From Cyanophora paradoxa CCMP329 (lineage: Eukaryota > Plantae > Glaucophyta), in NCBI GenBank assembly GCA_004431415.1, contig QPMI01000209.1, positions 1-64,000 of the forward strand: a stretch of DNA of 64,000 nucleotides, in the 5' to 3' direction. Shown in pieces: positions 1-18,947 of the stretch; position 1 is the first letter of the stretch, and the number at the start of each line of letters is the position of its first letter. Made by a program: the position numbers and the translations under genes. The notes under the pieces were generated by a model that did no database searches, was not told the origin of the DNA, and was given only the letters and a program-made list of their open reading frames with translations.

Positions 1-36
1 AGCCTCGCCCGCCTGAGCCGTCTGAGCGGGGGGCAG

Positions 37-8158
<8,122 letters not shown>

Positions 8159-8594
8159 GCCCCGCCTCGGGCGCGGACTCGCCACGGAGTCGGCCCGCCG
8201 GCTTTCGAATTCCGGATTTCGGCCCGAGGCCTCGGCCAACATTTTCCAGCGCCCAGTTGCAGCCGGCGCCCCTTGTTTTTCGAATTAGATATCCCTATGG
8301 CTATAGCTACGTCTACTAAGAGTCTATACGAATTGAGATTCGCTGCTGCCGATGCCGCGATCGACCCGGCGCAATTGCAATTGCAAGCGCGCGCACGCGC
8401 GCGCGCGCGCCGGCTCCGGTGCGCGCGGCCCGGGAGCATGCACGCGGCGAATTCGAAGCGCTAGCACTGGCGATTTCGATTTGAGCCGCTCGACAACCCG
8501 AACTGAATTCGAACGTCGGATCGAATGTGTGTGACTCGCGACCCCGCTCGAGCGCTGTACCCCTGCCAGGCGAGCTGCGATTCTGAACTTGCGA

Positions 8595-11260
8595 ATGCGG
8601 CCCGCGGCGGTCGCCAGAAGGGTGCCGCAACTGCCGCAGAGGCATGCGGCGTCGCTGGCGGCCGCACCCCGGTCGCCCGCGCGGGCGCTGCTTCAAGGCG
8701 CGCCGTGCGCGATCGGCGGCGGCCTCGGCGGAGCGATAGGCGCGCGCGGACTCGCTCGCGTGCCAGGCACCTGGCTCCGCCGCATCGGGACGAGCGCGGT
8801 GCGCCGGCGGCGCGTAGCTAACGCCGATCGCGGCCGACGGCGGCGGGCGGGCGCGCAGGAGGGCGCGGAGCATCGGCCGGTGCTGAGCGCGGAGCAGACG
8901 CGGCTGCTGAACCGGACGAAGGCGCTGGTGGACCGGCTGCGGGCGCGGCTGGCGGGCATCGAGGCGGAGGCCGACGACGTGGAGGTCCTGCAGCACGTCA
9001 GCGACGGCCTCCGCGACCTCTTCCTCCTCGTCGTCGTCGGCGAGGCGCGCTCCAGCCGCCGCCGCCGCCGCCGCGCCGCGCCGCGCCGCGCCGCGCGTCC
9101 CGCGCCGCCGCTGACGGCGCCGCGCAGTTCAACACGGGGAAGAGCACCTTCATGAACGCGCTGCTGGGCGGCCGCTACCTCAAGGCCCGCGCCGCGGATG
9201 GCGCCGCGCCCGCGCCGCGGCTGACGCGCGCGCTCGGCGCAGGAGGGCGTGACGCCCACCACCAACTCGCTGCAGGTGGTCCGGTACGGCCCCCTGGACG
9301 ACCAGGTACCCCTCCAGGCCCCCCCTCCCCCTTTCCGGCGCCTCCTCATGCAGGGGAGCAGGGACGGGTACGGGTGGAGGTGGTGCCGGACGGGCGGGAG
9401 GGGGACGAGGTCGAGCACGTCTTCCTCCCCGTCGAGTGGCTCCGCCAGATCTCCGTCGTCGACACGGTACCCCCCGCCCCGCCGCGCGCCTCGTACCCCC
9501 CTCCCCCGCGCCTGATGCGCCGGCGGCAGCCCGGCACGAACGCGGTCATCGCGAGGCACCAGGTGCCCCCCCCCCCCCCCCTTCCCCCCCTCTTCATTCG
9601 CCGAGGCGTGTACCCCACAGCGGCTGACGGAGCACTTCGTGCCGCGGTCGGACCTGGTGCTCTTCGTGACGTCGGTGGAGCGGCCCTTCTCCGAGAGCGA
9701 GCGCGCCTTCCTCCAGCGCATCCGCGAGTGGGGTACCCCCCGCCCCGCCCCGCCCCGCCCCCCGCCACCCGCCTGCTCCCCGGCTGCCCCCTGCCGCGCC
9801 CCCTCCCCGGGGCGGCGACTCCGCGGCCTCGCTCAGCCGCCCCCCGCCCCGGCAGGCAAGAAGGTGATCGTGGTGGTGAACAAGCTCGACACTCTCGAGG
9901 ACGAGGCCGAGCTCGACCAGGCCCGCCCCCGTACCCCCCGCCGCTCTACCCCCCCTCCGACCCGAGCCCGGGGGTACAGGTGCTGGTGTTCGTGCGGGAC
10001 CACGCGCGGGAGCTGCTGGGCCCCGACGGCGCCGAGCCGGCGCGCATCTTCCCCGTCTCCGGCCGCCAGGCCCTCAAGGTCCGCCCCGAGGGGGGGTACC
10101 CACCGGTCGGGGAGATCCGGGCGACGGGGTACCCCCCGCAGGCAAAGCTGGCGAGCTCGGAGGCGCAGCGGGCGGGCGGGTGGGCATCGCCCGAGGCCCG
10201 CGCCGAAAGCGAGCGCAAGATGCGGGCCAGCCGGTGCGCCCCCGCCCTCCCTTCCTCCCGTACCCCTCTCACGCTCCCCCCCAGGTTCGCGTCGCTGGAG
10301 GCGTTCGTGCTCGAGTCGCTCACGGCGCGTGAGCGGTTCCGCCTCAAGCTCGAGGTCGCCGCCTACCCCCCCCCCCCTTCTCCCCCCCTCCTCCCGGGCG
10401 CCGCTCAGGGGTGCGCCGCGCAGAACCCGATCAACTGCGCGCTGCGGCTGATCGAGAAGTACCTGGGGGAGCTCGAGCGGCGCCGCTCCCGCCTCGACGC
10501 CGACCGCGAGACCCTCCTCGGCCCGCCCCGCTCCGCCCCGCCTGGAGGCGCCTCTGAGGCGGGGCGGCGGGGGCAGAGGTTCGGGCGGCGGTGGAGGAGC
10601 ACGCGGAGGACCTCCGTCGCGACTTCCGCTACCACATGAGGCCCGTACCCCCCCTTCTCGTCCCCCCGTTCCCCCTCACGCTCGCCGCAGCCACGTCGAG
10701 AACGCGCTCACGGGCCTCACGGACCGCGCCGACGCCTTCTACGAGGCGCGCCGTACCCCCCTCCCCTCCCACCCCCCGCCCCTGTCCGACGTCCCTCCCG
10801 CAGGCGCACCTGCAGCTGGCGAACCTGCCGCGGCTCCTGAGGGGCGAGCGCGTGCGCGAGGCCTTCCAGCGCGAGGTGCCGTACCCCCGCCCCGCCCCGC
10901 CCCGCCCCTGCTTCTCCAAGACCCCCCCTCGCAGGTGTTCGGGGACATCGAGCAGCGGATCGAGCGGCACGTCTCCGAGCTCGCGCACTGGCTCGTCGAC
11001 AAGGCCCGCCCCGCCGCCCCGCCCCGCCCCGCCCTCTGCCCTCTGACGTCTGATCCGACCGGTCCGCCGCAGAACGTGCGGCAGTGGCACTTCGTGTCGG
11101 AGTCCGTCGAGCGGCGGGCGGGGGCGCGGCTGGGGCGGCGGGCGCGGCGGGCGCCGGGGACGCTGGTGGAGGACGCGGAGCACCGCGCGGCGGTCGTCGA
11201 GTCCGTCGTCGGCCGCGCCGCCCTCGTCATGCGCTCCCTCGACCGGTCCGCCCCTCCAGC

Positions 11261-11302
<42 letters not shown>

Positions 11303-12184
11303 CTGAGCGCCCCGGCGGCGGGGCGGCAGGGCGGCCGAGGGCCAGCGGCTCGTCGAGGGCACCCGGGACGCCCTCCTGAGGTGAGCCGCCTCCCCCCGGC
11401 CCACGGCCCTCCGCCCCCTCCCCCCGACGCGGCCCCCCAGGGCGGCGGCGATGGGCCTCTCCTCGGGCCTCGCCGCCGGCGCCGCCGTCGCCGTCGCCGA
11501 CAGGCGCGCCCCCCTCGCTCCCCCGCCCCCGCTTCTCGCCGTGCTGACGGCGCCGGCCGGGGCAGCGCGCTGCTGGACGCGGCGGGGCTGCTGACGGGCG
11601 CCGCCCTCGCCGGCGGCTCCCTCTACGTCCTCCCGCGCCGCCGCGCCGCCCTCCGGGACGAGGCCCGCCGCCGCGCCGCCGCCCTCCGCGCCCGCCTCGA
11701 TGCCGCCCTCCGCGAGACCCTCGAGGGCCCGCCCGCCCGCCCCGCCCGCCTTCCCGGCCCGCGCGCCCCTGAGCCGCCCGCAGGGGAGCTGGAGGCGTCG
11801 GCCCGGCGTGTCGAGGAGCAGGTCCGGGTGCGCTGTACCCCCGCCCGACCCCGCGGCCGGCCCCCGCCCGCCGGCCTTGCACGAACGGCCCTCTCATGCT
11901 CGCGCGCAGCCGTACGCGGAAGCGGTGGCGGCGGAGGAGGCGCGCGTGGCGGTGCGGGCTCGCCTCCCGTCCCCCCCCCTCGCCCCCCCCCCCCCCCCCG
12001 CCCCCGCCCCGGCCCCCGCCCCGCCCCGCCCGGCCCCGGCCCCGGCCCGCCCCGGCCCGGGCTCTGAGGGTGCGGGGCGGGGACCCGGGGCCGGCAGGCG
12101 CTGGCGCGGGAGCTGGAGGAGGAGCGGGAGCAGCTGCGGGCCCTCGCCGCAGAGGTCGCCCGCGAGGCCGGCGAGGCGCGCTAG
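8595..12184 (+). CDS. FZL/fuzzy-onions-like dynamin-family GTPase, ~22 introns, Arg/Ala-rich N-terminal extension
   Basis: Motifs: G1 VVVGE|FNTGKSTFMNALLG, G2 EGVTPTT, G3 VDT|PGTNAV, then HFVPRSDLVLFVTSVERPFSESE and G4 VVVNKLD. Hydrophobic segments lie near 11440-11640, followed by a C-terminal coiled coil ending in TAG at 12182-12184. Start ATG 8595 is inferred. Confidence 0.88.
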
Positions 12185-12658
12185 CCCGCCCCGCCCCCCG
12201 CCCCGGCCGGCCCGCCCCGTACCCGTAGTACGTACTTGTAGCCTAGCTCTCGCATCTGCGGAATCTAGATCTTGAATATCGAAATCACTGAATGAAATTT
12301 GAAAACTGCTGAACTTCGGAATGAAATCGACGCCCGGCCGGCAGCCTGGAGATCGCGAGCCCGAGATCTAGTCTCATCTAGACCGGCGCCACTACCGGAC
12401 CTAGTACCGGTGTCCGCCGAGTACCTGGTACTAGTCGTAGTACTCGACGTCCAGATCAAGATTTAAATCTAGATCCAGTTCTAGATCGAGTTCTAGATCG
12501 TTCGTTGGGGCTCTGAGGAGCCTTCTGGATCTGGATCCGGCCGGATGGGACTCATGGGAGGTTGCGAACTTCAGTGTTTTTATCGTGATCACGCAATCGA
12601 TCCGATCGAGTTCGAGCTCGAGTGCCAGGGGTACAGCAACTTTTATTGCTGCATCGAA

Positions 12659-12700
12659 CACTAGTGGAGGGGGGGGTCCCGGGAGATCAGCTGGAGAATA
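12659..12700 (+). repeat. Left TIR of CACTA element
   Basis: CACTAGTGGAGGGGGGGGTCCCGGGAGATCAGCTGGAGAATA, the exact reverse complement of 17502-17543. Confidence 0.95.
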
Positions 12701-14186
12701 GACTGAGACTAGCTGGAGACTAACGCATTTTTGGGGCTTCAGGAGACTAGATGGAGTATTTCCTGAGCTGTAGTCTCCAGCTAATATCCGCTTGGAGACT
12801 CTTTGGAGACTTGTATAGAGCCACTCTCCAGCAAGTCTCCGCGCCTTGGCTGGAGACTTCGCGGAGATATCGATCTAGAGTATCTGTATCGACGTTCGAA
12901 TTTATCAATATTACAGTTTTAGTTGTAGGTAGTGTGCCTTCCTGCAGCTAATTATATATATATATAACTTATAGCATCGATATGAACGAGGCCAGCTCGT
13001 CTGCAAACTGAGCACGCGGGCCGGGGGCCAAGGGCTCGAGGGGTGCGGGGCTCGTGGTTCGAACTCCGAGCGGGCTTCCAAGCATGCAGTATCTCTTAAT
13101 AGCATCTGAATGACTTATATTCGGAGTGGTGGAAGCTGCCTGCGAATGGGTGGGGCGGAATGATGCTGGGAGCAATATGGGGCCCCCGTTACTGCGAATC
13201 TTGAATACCGGTTCAGGCTTTAATTGGCTGGCCGCAGAAACACGCTCATCGTCTCCGCCACCCTCGAAAACCCCATCTACACCCTTCTGGATATTTATGG
13301 TATTTCGTAAAATGTAAAATGCGCAGGTTGAGTGCAAACCGTCGATGTCATGTCATGCAAATCATGTTCATGATCATCATGTTCATGACCGAGTCGCGGA
13401 TCGCGCCGTCTTCGCGTATCGACCTGGGATTATGCACCCAGCCTATTTTGAAGCTTCTGATTCCAAATATGCAAGTCTCAGAAGCTGTAGATGAGCCGGT
13501 GCGTTCACAGCAGGCCGCCAAATTTGAACCGGCTGCATATACTTTCCGCTGCCGAATGCATTCCCCGGACCTCCCACCCGGCGCGCAGCATGCCACGGAC
13601 ATTCTATATCGAGTAGAAATGCGTATAGAACTTCGGAAGCCGCGCAGCCCCCAGCGCCGCTCCGCGGGACGGCGCGTGCGAAAACTGCCCCGCTGTGCCG
13701 AAAGCGACCATCGCGCTGCATGTTTACTGCACATTTAGATAAAGAATCATCCTGACGACCTCCGCGCATCCTCACGCGCGGGAATAGGGAAGGTGCAGAG
13801 GAGCGCGGCGGTCCAGAGGGTTCTCCTGGGGAGATCTCGGGCCCGCGCTCCTCGCTGGCTGCGGCGCCGGGCGCGGCGCTCGGCGTATGGATGGCCCATG
13901 CCAAGACGCGCACGGGAAGCCGCGCGGAGCCGCCCGCCGCCGCCGCCGTGCCGAGAAATGAGGACCTGAAGGAAGGTCACTGCGAAATCATGTACCCCCC
14001 CGTAGGGGTACGCACCGCTTGCCCGTACCCGGCGCCGTCGGGCCGCGCAAGTCCGGCGGTCCGGCGCGCCTCCGGTGGCCCGGGACGGGTCGGGAAGTCC
14101 GCCCTAAGGGATAGTGTCAGAATAATGTCAGAATAAGGTCAGGCGGGGGGTGTTCAGAACGGGGCGATCTAGAAGCACGTCGCAGC

Positions 14187-15120
14187 GCGCATTGAAGAGA
14201 CATTTGAGATTATGCGTAGAGCTTAAGAGCGGCGCCGCGGCCTGGCGAGCGCGCACCAGAAAAGCGCGCAGCTCCACAGCCGTTTCGCGTGGGAAGCTCG
14301 CCTGCGAAATCTGAACAAGCAGAACTCGAGGTTAGATGCAGACTAGTGCGAGGGAAAAGAGAACGCGACCACAGCAGCGATTCCCGTGGCCCAGCGGCCC
14401 GGCGACGGTGCCAGGAAGTCGTCTCTAAAAGTGATCTGCCGGACCGGAGACTATGCTTTTTAAACTCGTATTGAAGCCCTCTATAAGCCTACGTGGTCGG
14501 CCGAAAGTTGATTCTCCCTCCCCTAAGGTCCCCGCGGACCTGGAGGCGGCCGCGGGCGGACGTCGGCCTCGACCTCCACGGCCTCCGCGAGGGCGCCAGA
14601 TCGATCCCCGGCAATCTGGGAGGCAAAAATATGTGAGATGCGCATTGAAGAGACATTTAAGATGATTGATGGGGCTTAAGAGCGGCGCCCTGGCCCTGGC
14701 GCTAGATCCGCAAAGGAAGCTCCTCACGGAATCGAAGGGAGTCGAAAAGCGCTTCCCCGTACTCTACTCCCTCAAATACGATATTCGTGCTAAGAAAATT
14801 TTGGGAGGAATCGCCGCCCTGGCGAGCGCGCACCCGAAACGCGCGGAGCTCCTCAGCCGTTTCGCGTGGGGAGCTCGCTTTCGAGATCTGCGAGTTCCGG
14901 GATCGAGGTTAGATGCAGATCAGTGCGCGGGGAAGGAGAGCGCGCCCGCAGCAGCGATTTCCGTGGCACAGCGGCCCGGCAGCGCTCTCAGGAAGTCGTC
15001 TCTAAAAGTGAGCTGCCGGGCCCGTCATTATGCTCTTTTAACTCGTATTGAAGCCCTTTATAAGCCTACGTGGTCGGCCGAAAGTCGGGTCTCCCCCCCC
15101 TAGGGACCCCTCGAACCTGG
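14187..15120. repeat. Diverged direct duplication inside the CACTA element (~14187-14541 vs ~14640-15120, second copy with ~115-bp insert)
   Basis: Shared blocks GCGCATTGAAGAGACATTT, CAGCCGTTTCGCGTGGG, CAGGAAGTCGTCTCTAAAAGTGA and TATAAGCCTACGTGGTCGGCCGAAAGT. Confidence 0.85.
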
Positions 15121-16246
15121 GCGAGCTCGGCGACGGGATGGTCGTACTGGCAAGGAAGCCGCCGGCTCCCGCGCGGTCGTTTCGCGAGCATCTGAGACGA
15201 GGATCACGTAAATGTGCAGCGATTGGGGCGGGAGCGCACGGGTGCGGCCGCGCGGCCACGAAACTGCGGCGGCGGTCGGCGCTCGGGCGCGGCGCGGCAG
15301 CGGGCGCGGCTCGCCTGCAACAGGATCGACCGGAGAGACGATGCAGAGCGTTGCGCGTGCGCGGTGCGTCGTGTGCTCTCGCAGGTGCAAGCAATCCGCA
15401 CGCCGCCTGCCAGCCTGCACGAAATCGCGTCAGGTCGGGCTGAAAGCACGCAAGTGGCGTTCTTACATTAGTTCAAGATCCCTTTGCTGTAGAGCGGGGA
15501 GCTGCGCCGAACCTGGGCCCGGGTGAGTAACTTCTCCCGAGGTCGGCGCAGCTGGAGAGCGCAACGGGAGCTCGCGGGGACCGATCCAGCGCACCACGCA
15601 TCTACGCTCTCGGTACGCTGCTAAGAGCAAGCGGCCTGCTGCGCTGCCGCACGAATCTGGCCACGTCACCTGCGGAGCCTGCGGGGTCTATGGTGCTCTC
15701 CACTCTTCGTAGCTAGCGCCTCCAGTGCACAGCTGCGCTCGCCGCTTGTCTTGCATACCTCTAGCTAAGATCAAGGTCGGCGGTCTTCGAGCTTGGGTAC
15801 CGATTTTGAACGGGGTACACAAGTCGCAAATATCGGAGTCCTCGCTGCCCGCTGCTGCGCCTTGCGGCGCCCGCGGGCGAGCGGAGCATGCAGCAGCGGC
15901 CTCTCTAGTGCTATGTGCATCTCGTACGCGCGCAGGTCGGCAGCGAGAGCGGGCCGCGGGCGGACTTCTCGAATCAGGTCCGTGGCCCGCCTCCCGCGAG
16001 CTGTCGACTTCTCCATACACTCTGTGATGACCAGAGAGCTTCAGGAAGCGGGCAGCTTCCGCCCGGAGCGCCGAACGGCTTTGTCCGCAGCCGGCCAGGT
16101 CCGATCCGCGGAACGCGGCTTAGCTCGTGCTCCCGGACGTGCTGCGGTCGCTCTGTGGGCTATTATTGCTAATCGTCGCACGCAGGAACTTCCGCGGTGA
16201 ACCGCGACCGCACGACTCGGACTTCACACTTCCTGCAGCTGCAGGC

Positions 16247-17086
16247 TGCAGCCCCGCGCGAGTTCGCCTCGCGATCCTCGATGAAGGTACGCGCTCCTCC
16301 CGGCCGGAAGCTCGCCGCCGCCCGATCCCCGCCGAGGCCCGCTCGCCCGTGCTGACTCGCGGCCCCAGATCTTCGCCTGCTTCGAGGCGTGCAGCCCCGC
16401 GCGAGTTCGCCTCGCGATCCTCGATGAAGGTACGCGCTCCTCCCGGCCGGAAGCTCGCCGCCGCCCGATCCCCGCCGAGGCCCACTCGCCCGTGCTGACT
16501 CGCGGCCCCAGATCTTCGCCTGCTTCGAGGCGTGCAGCCCCGCGCGAGTTCGCCTCGCGATCCTCGATGAAGGTACGCGCTCCTCCCGGCCGGACGCTCG
16601 CCGCCGCCCGATCCCCGCCGAGGCCCGCTCGCCCGTGCTGACTCGCGGCCCCAGATCTTCGCCTGCTTCGAGGCGTGCAGCCCCGCGCGAGTTCGCCTCG
16701 CGATCCTCGATGAAGGTACGCGCTCCTCCCGGCCGGAAGCTCGCCGCCGCCCGATCCCCGCCGAGGCCCACTCGCCCGTGCTGACTCGCGGCCCCAGATC
16801 TTCGCCTGCTTCGAGGCGTGCAGCCCCGCGCGAGTTCGCCTCGCGATCCTCGATGAAGGTACGCGCTCCTCCCGGCCGGACGCTCGCCGCCGCCCGATCC
16901 CCGCCGAGGCCCGCTCGCCCGTGCTGACTCGCGGCCCCAGATCTTCGCCTGCTTCGAGGCGTGCAGCCCCGCGCGACTTCGCCTCGCGATCCTCGATGAA
17001 GGTACGCGCTCCTCCCGGCCGGACGCTCGCCCGCTCGCCCTTTCTGACTCGCGGCCCCAGATCTTTGCCTGCCTCGAGCTCTGCAG
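16247..17086 (+). repeat. Tandem array of ~6 x 143-bp units, each an intron-like 82 nt plus an exon-like 61 nt
   Basis: Units start at 16247, 16390, 16533, 16676, 16819 and 16962 (the last has an internal deletion). Each contains GAAG|GTACGC...GCTGAC...CCCCAG|ATC. Confidence 0.93.
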
Positions 17087-17501
17087 CGTGGGCGCAACTC
17101 CTCGGCAAGTTCACACCTAGCTCACACGGGCCGGGGCCGATCTCGTCGCTTCCCTTCAAGAGAAGTAGCCGTAGCTAGAAAGCTGTAGCTAGATTGCTAG
17201 CTATCGCTGCAGTGCAGCTAGATAGCTATATTAGCTATATAGCTATCTGCATTTTGTTTAATCTCCAGAATCTGCCTGGGCGTACCATGAAGTCTCCGGA
17301 AAGTCTCCTGTGGTTCTGCGGGGCGGGGCAAGATCTCTCCCGAAAGTCTCTATAGCTAAGGTTTATAATCTCCGGGAATTCTGCACCGGCGTGCACATCT
17401 AGTCTCCAGTTAGTCTCGGTTTTAATCTCCAGGTAGTCTCGTGTTAATCTCCAGAAATCCTCTATAGTCCGGAAATGGAGATTAGTGGAGATTGGATTTC
17501 G

Positions 17502-17543
17502 TATTCTCCAGCTGATCTCCCGGGACCCCCCCCTCCACTAGTG
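17502..17543 (-). repeat. Right TIR of CACTA element
   Basis: Reverse complement of 12659-12700, followed by the TSD GAA. Confidence 0.95.
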
Positions 17544-17693
17544 GAACAGTCTGGAAGGCAGTGGAAGCAGGCTTCAAGCGGCTGCAGTGCAGTGGAACCG
17601 ACGGCGCCGGCGAGCCGACTGTCGCACGGAGATCGATCGCGGCGCGCTAGCATGCGCGTCTATAATGCAGCGTCTGACGGTCGAGCATGCTGA

Positions 17694-17763
17694 GCGGTAG
17701 TGGGCGTATATGCATATGGCTGCTCGACGCGGTAGTGGGCGTATATGCATATGGCTGCTCGAC
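17694..17763. repeat. Perfect 35-bp tandem duplication
   Basis: GCGGTAGTGGGCGTATATGCATATGGCTGCTCGAC twice (17694-17728, 17729-17763). Confidence 0.9.
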
Positions 17764-17854
17764 CGAGCTCGAGCACGCTCCAGGCTGGGCGCCAGCCTGG
17801 CAGCTGCGGCGTGCTAGCGTCCAGCCGCTGAGTGCTGAAGGATATATAGCTTGC

Positions 17855-18794
17855 ATGGGCCTGCGGCCGAGGGCGCGGCCGGCCGCGGCGTCGCTACGAG
17901 GGCGAATGCCGCACGCGCAGCCGCGGCCAGCCGCCAAGCAGATCTGGTGGCTCGGCGAGCAGCGTCCGCAGCCGACGAGAAGCTTACGCACATCTATACA
18001 CTTGCAACAAGCGCATGTGCTTCGCGACCGGCTTGAACAGGCCCGCATCGTTGTACATGTTCTCGTGGTGGCGTGCTTCCTCGGACCGCTTAGCTTGGAG
18101 GGTGCGCACGTTCGCGCGCGCGGCGACTATCCAGCTCGCGCTCCCTTAAGCTTTCGGTCTCAATCTCACTTCGCTATGGCTCGTGCAGCGGTGATCCTGC
18201 CAATAAGTTCGAGCGGCGTTGCACAGAATCCCTCCGCCCTCAGCCTCGCGGGGGGCTACATCGCGCCCCAGCCTGCCGCCGAGCTCGACTGGAGCAGCGC
18301 CACGATACGACTCACGGTCGAGCTCTGGTTCGCGCGCGGCCGCGGCGCTCTGTTTTCATCGCTCTTCGGCACCCGTCGGCGCTGACGGGCGCCTCTCTTG
18401 CTATCGCGCGCAGGCTCAAGCCGAGTGCGGAGTCGTCCAATGCACCTGATGCGCGGGGCATCTTCGTGCGGGGGGACCCGGGGACGTCGGATGTCGATTT
18501 CGCCCTCGTGCGCCCCGGCCGCCCCTGAATTCCTCCGTTCCTGCCCGCTAGCCCCCTGCCCAATACTTCCCTTCCCCGTCTGCCTCTGCTCTACTGTTTA
18601 GTGTTGTCCTCAATTCCCGCCACTCTTCACGACTCCCAGCCCCCCATCACCGCCCCCCCTCTTCCCCCCCCGGTCTGCTGCCCCCCCGTTCCCTTCCTCC
18701 TGTCTGCATCTGCTTCCCTCTGATCCTGCCCCTGTCATCCTGCCTCGCCTGCCTGGACCCGACCTTTCCTGTCCTGCCCCCCTCCTCCTCCCCC

Positions 18795-18825
<31 letters not shown>

Positions 18826-18916
18826 CATGCCCCCGTCCTCCTGTCTGCGCCGCTTTCCTCTGATCCTGCCCATGCTCGCCTGCCCCTCGGGTCCTGTCCC
18901 CCCCCCCCGCCCCCCC

Positions 18917-18947
<31 letters not shown>

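Larger units (their letters stand above)
12659..17543. mobile_element. CACTA (En/Spm) DNA transposon, non-autonomous
   Basis: Begins CACTA and ends TAGTG, with perfect 42-bp TIRs. The 3-bp target duplication GAA is at 12656-12658 and 17544-17546. Many subterminal GGAGA(C/T)T motifs occur in both orientations at both ends. No transposase motifs seen. Confidence 0.93.

Noticed and set aside
11262-11301. Long poly-C/G tracts (also ~21649-21686, ~22152-22187, ~44248-44280) as functional elements or frameshifts
   Set aside because: All are intronic, and their lengths are unreliable in assemblies.
16247-17086. CRISPR-like array
   Set aside because: The units are contiguous near-identical 143-mers with no unique spacers, there are no cas genes, and the context is eukaryotic.
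12701-17501. CACTA transposase (TnpD) gene
   Set aside because: No long ORF or recognisable transposase motifs in any frame.
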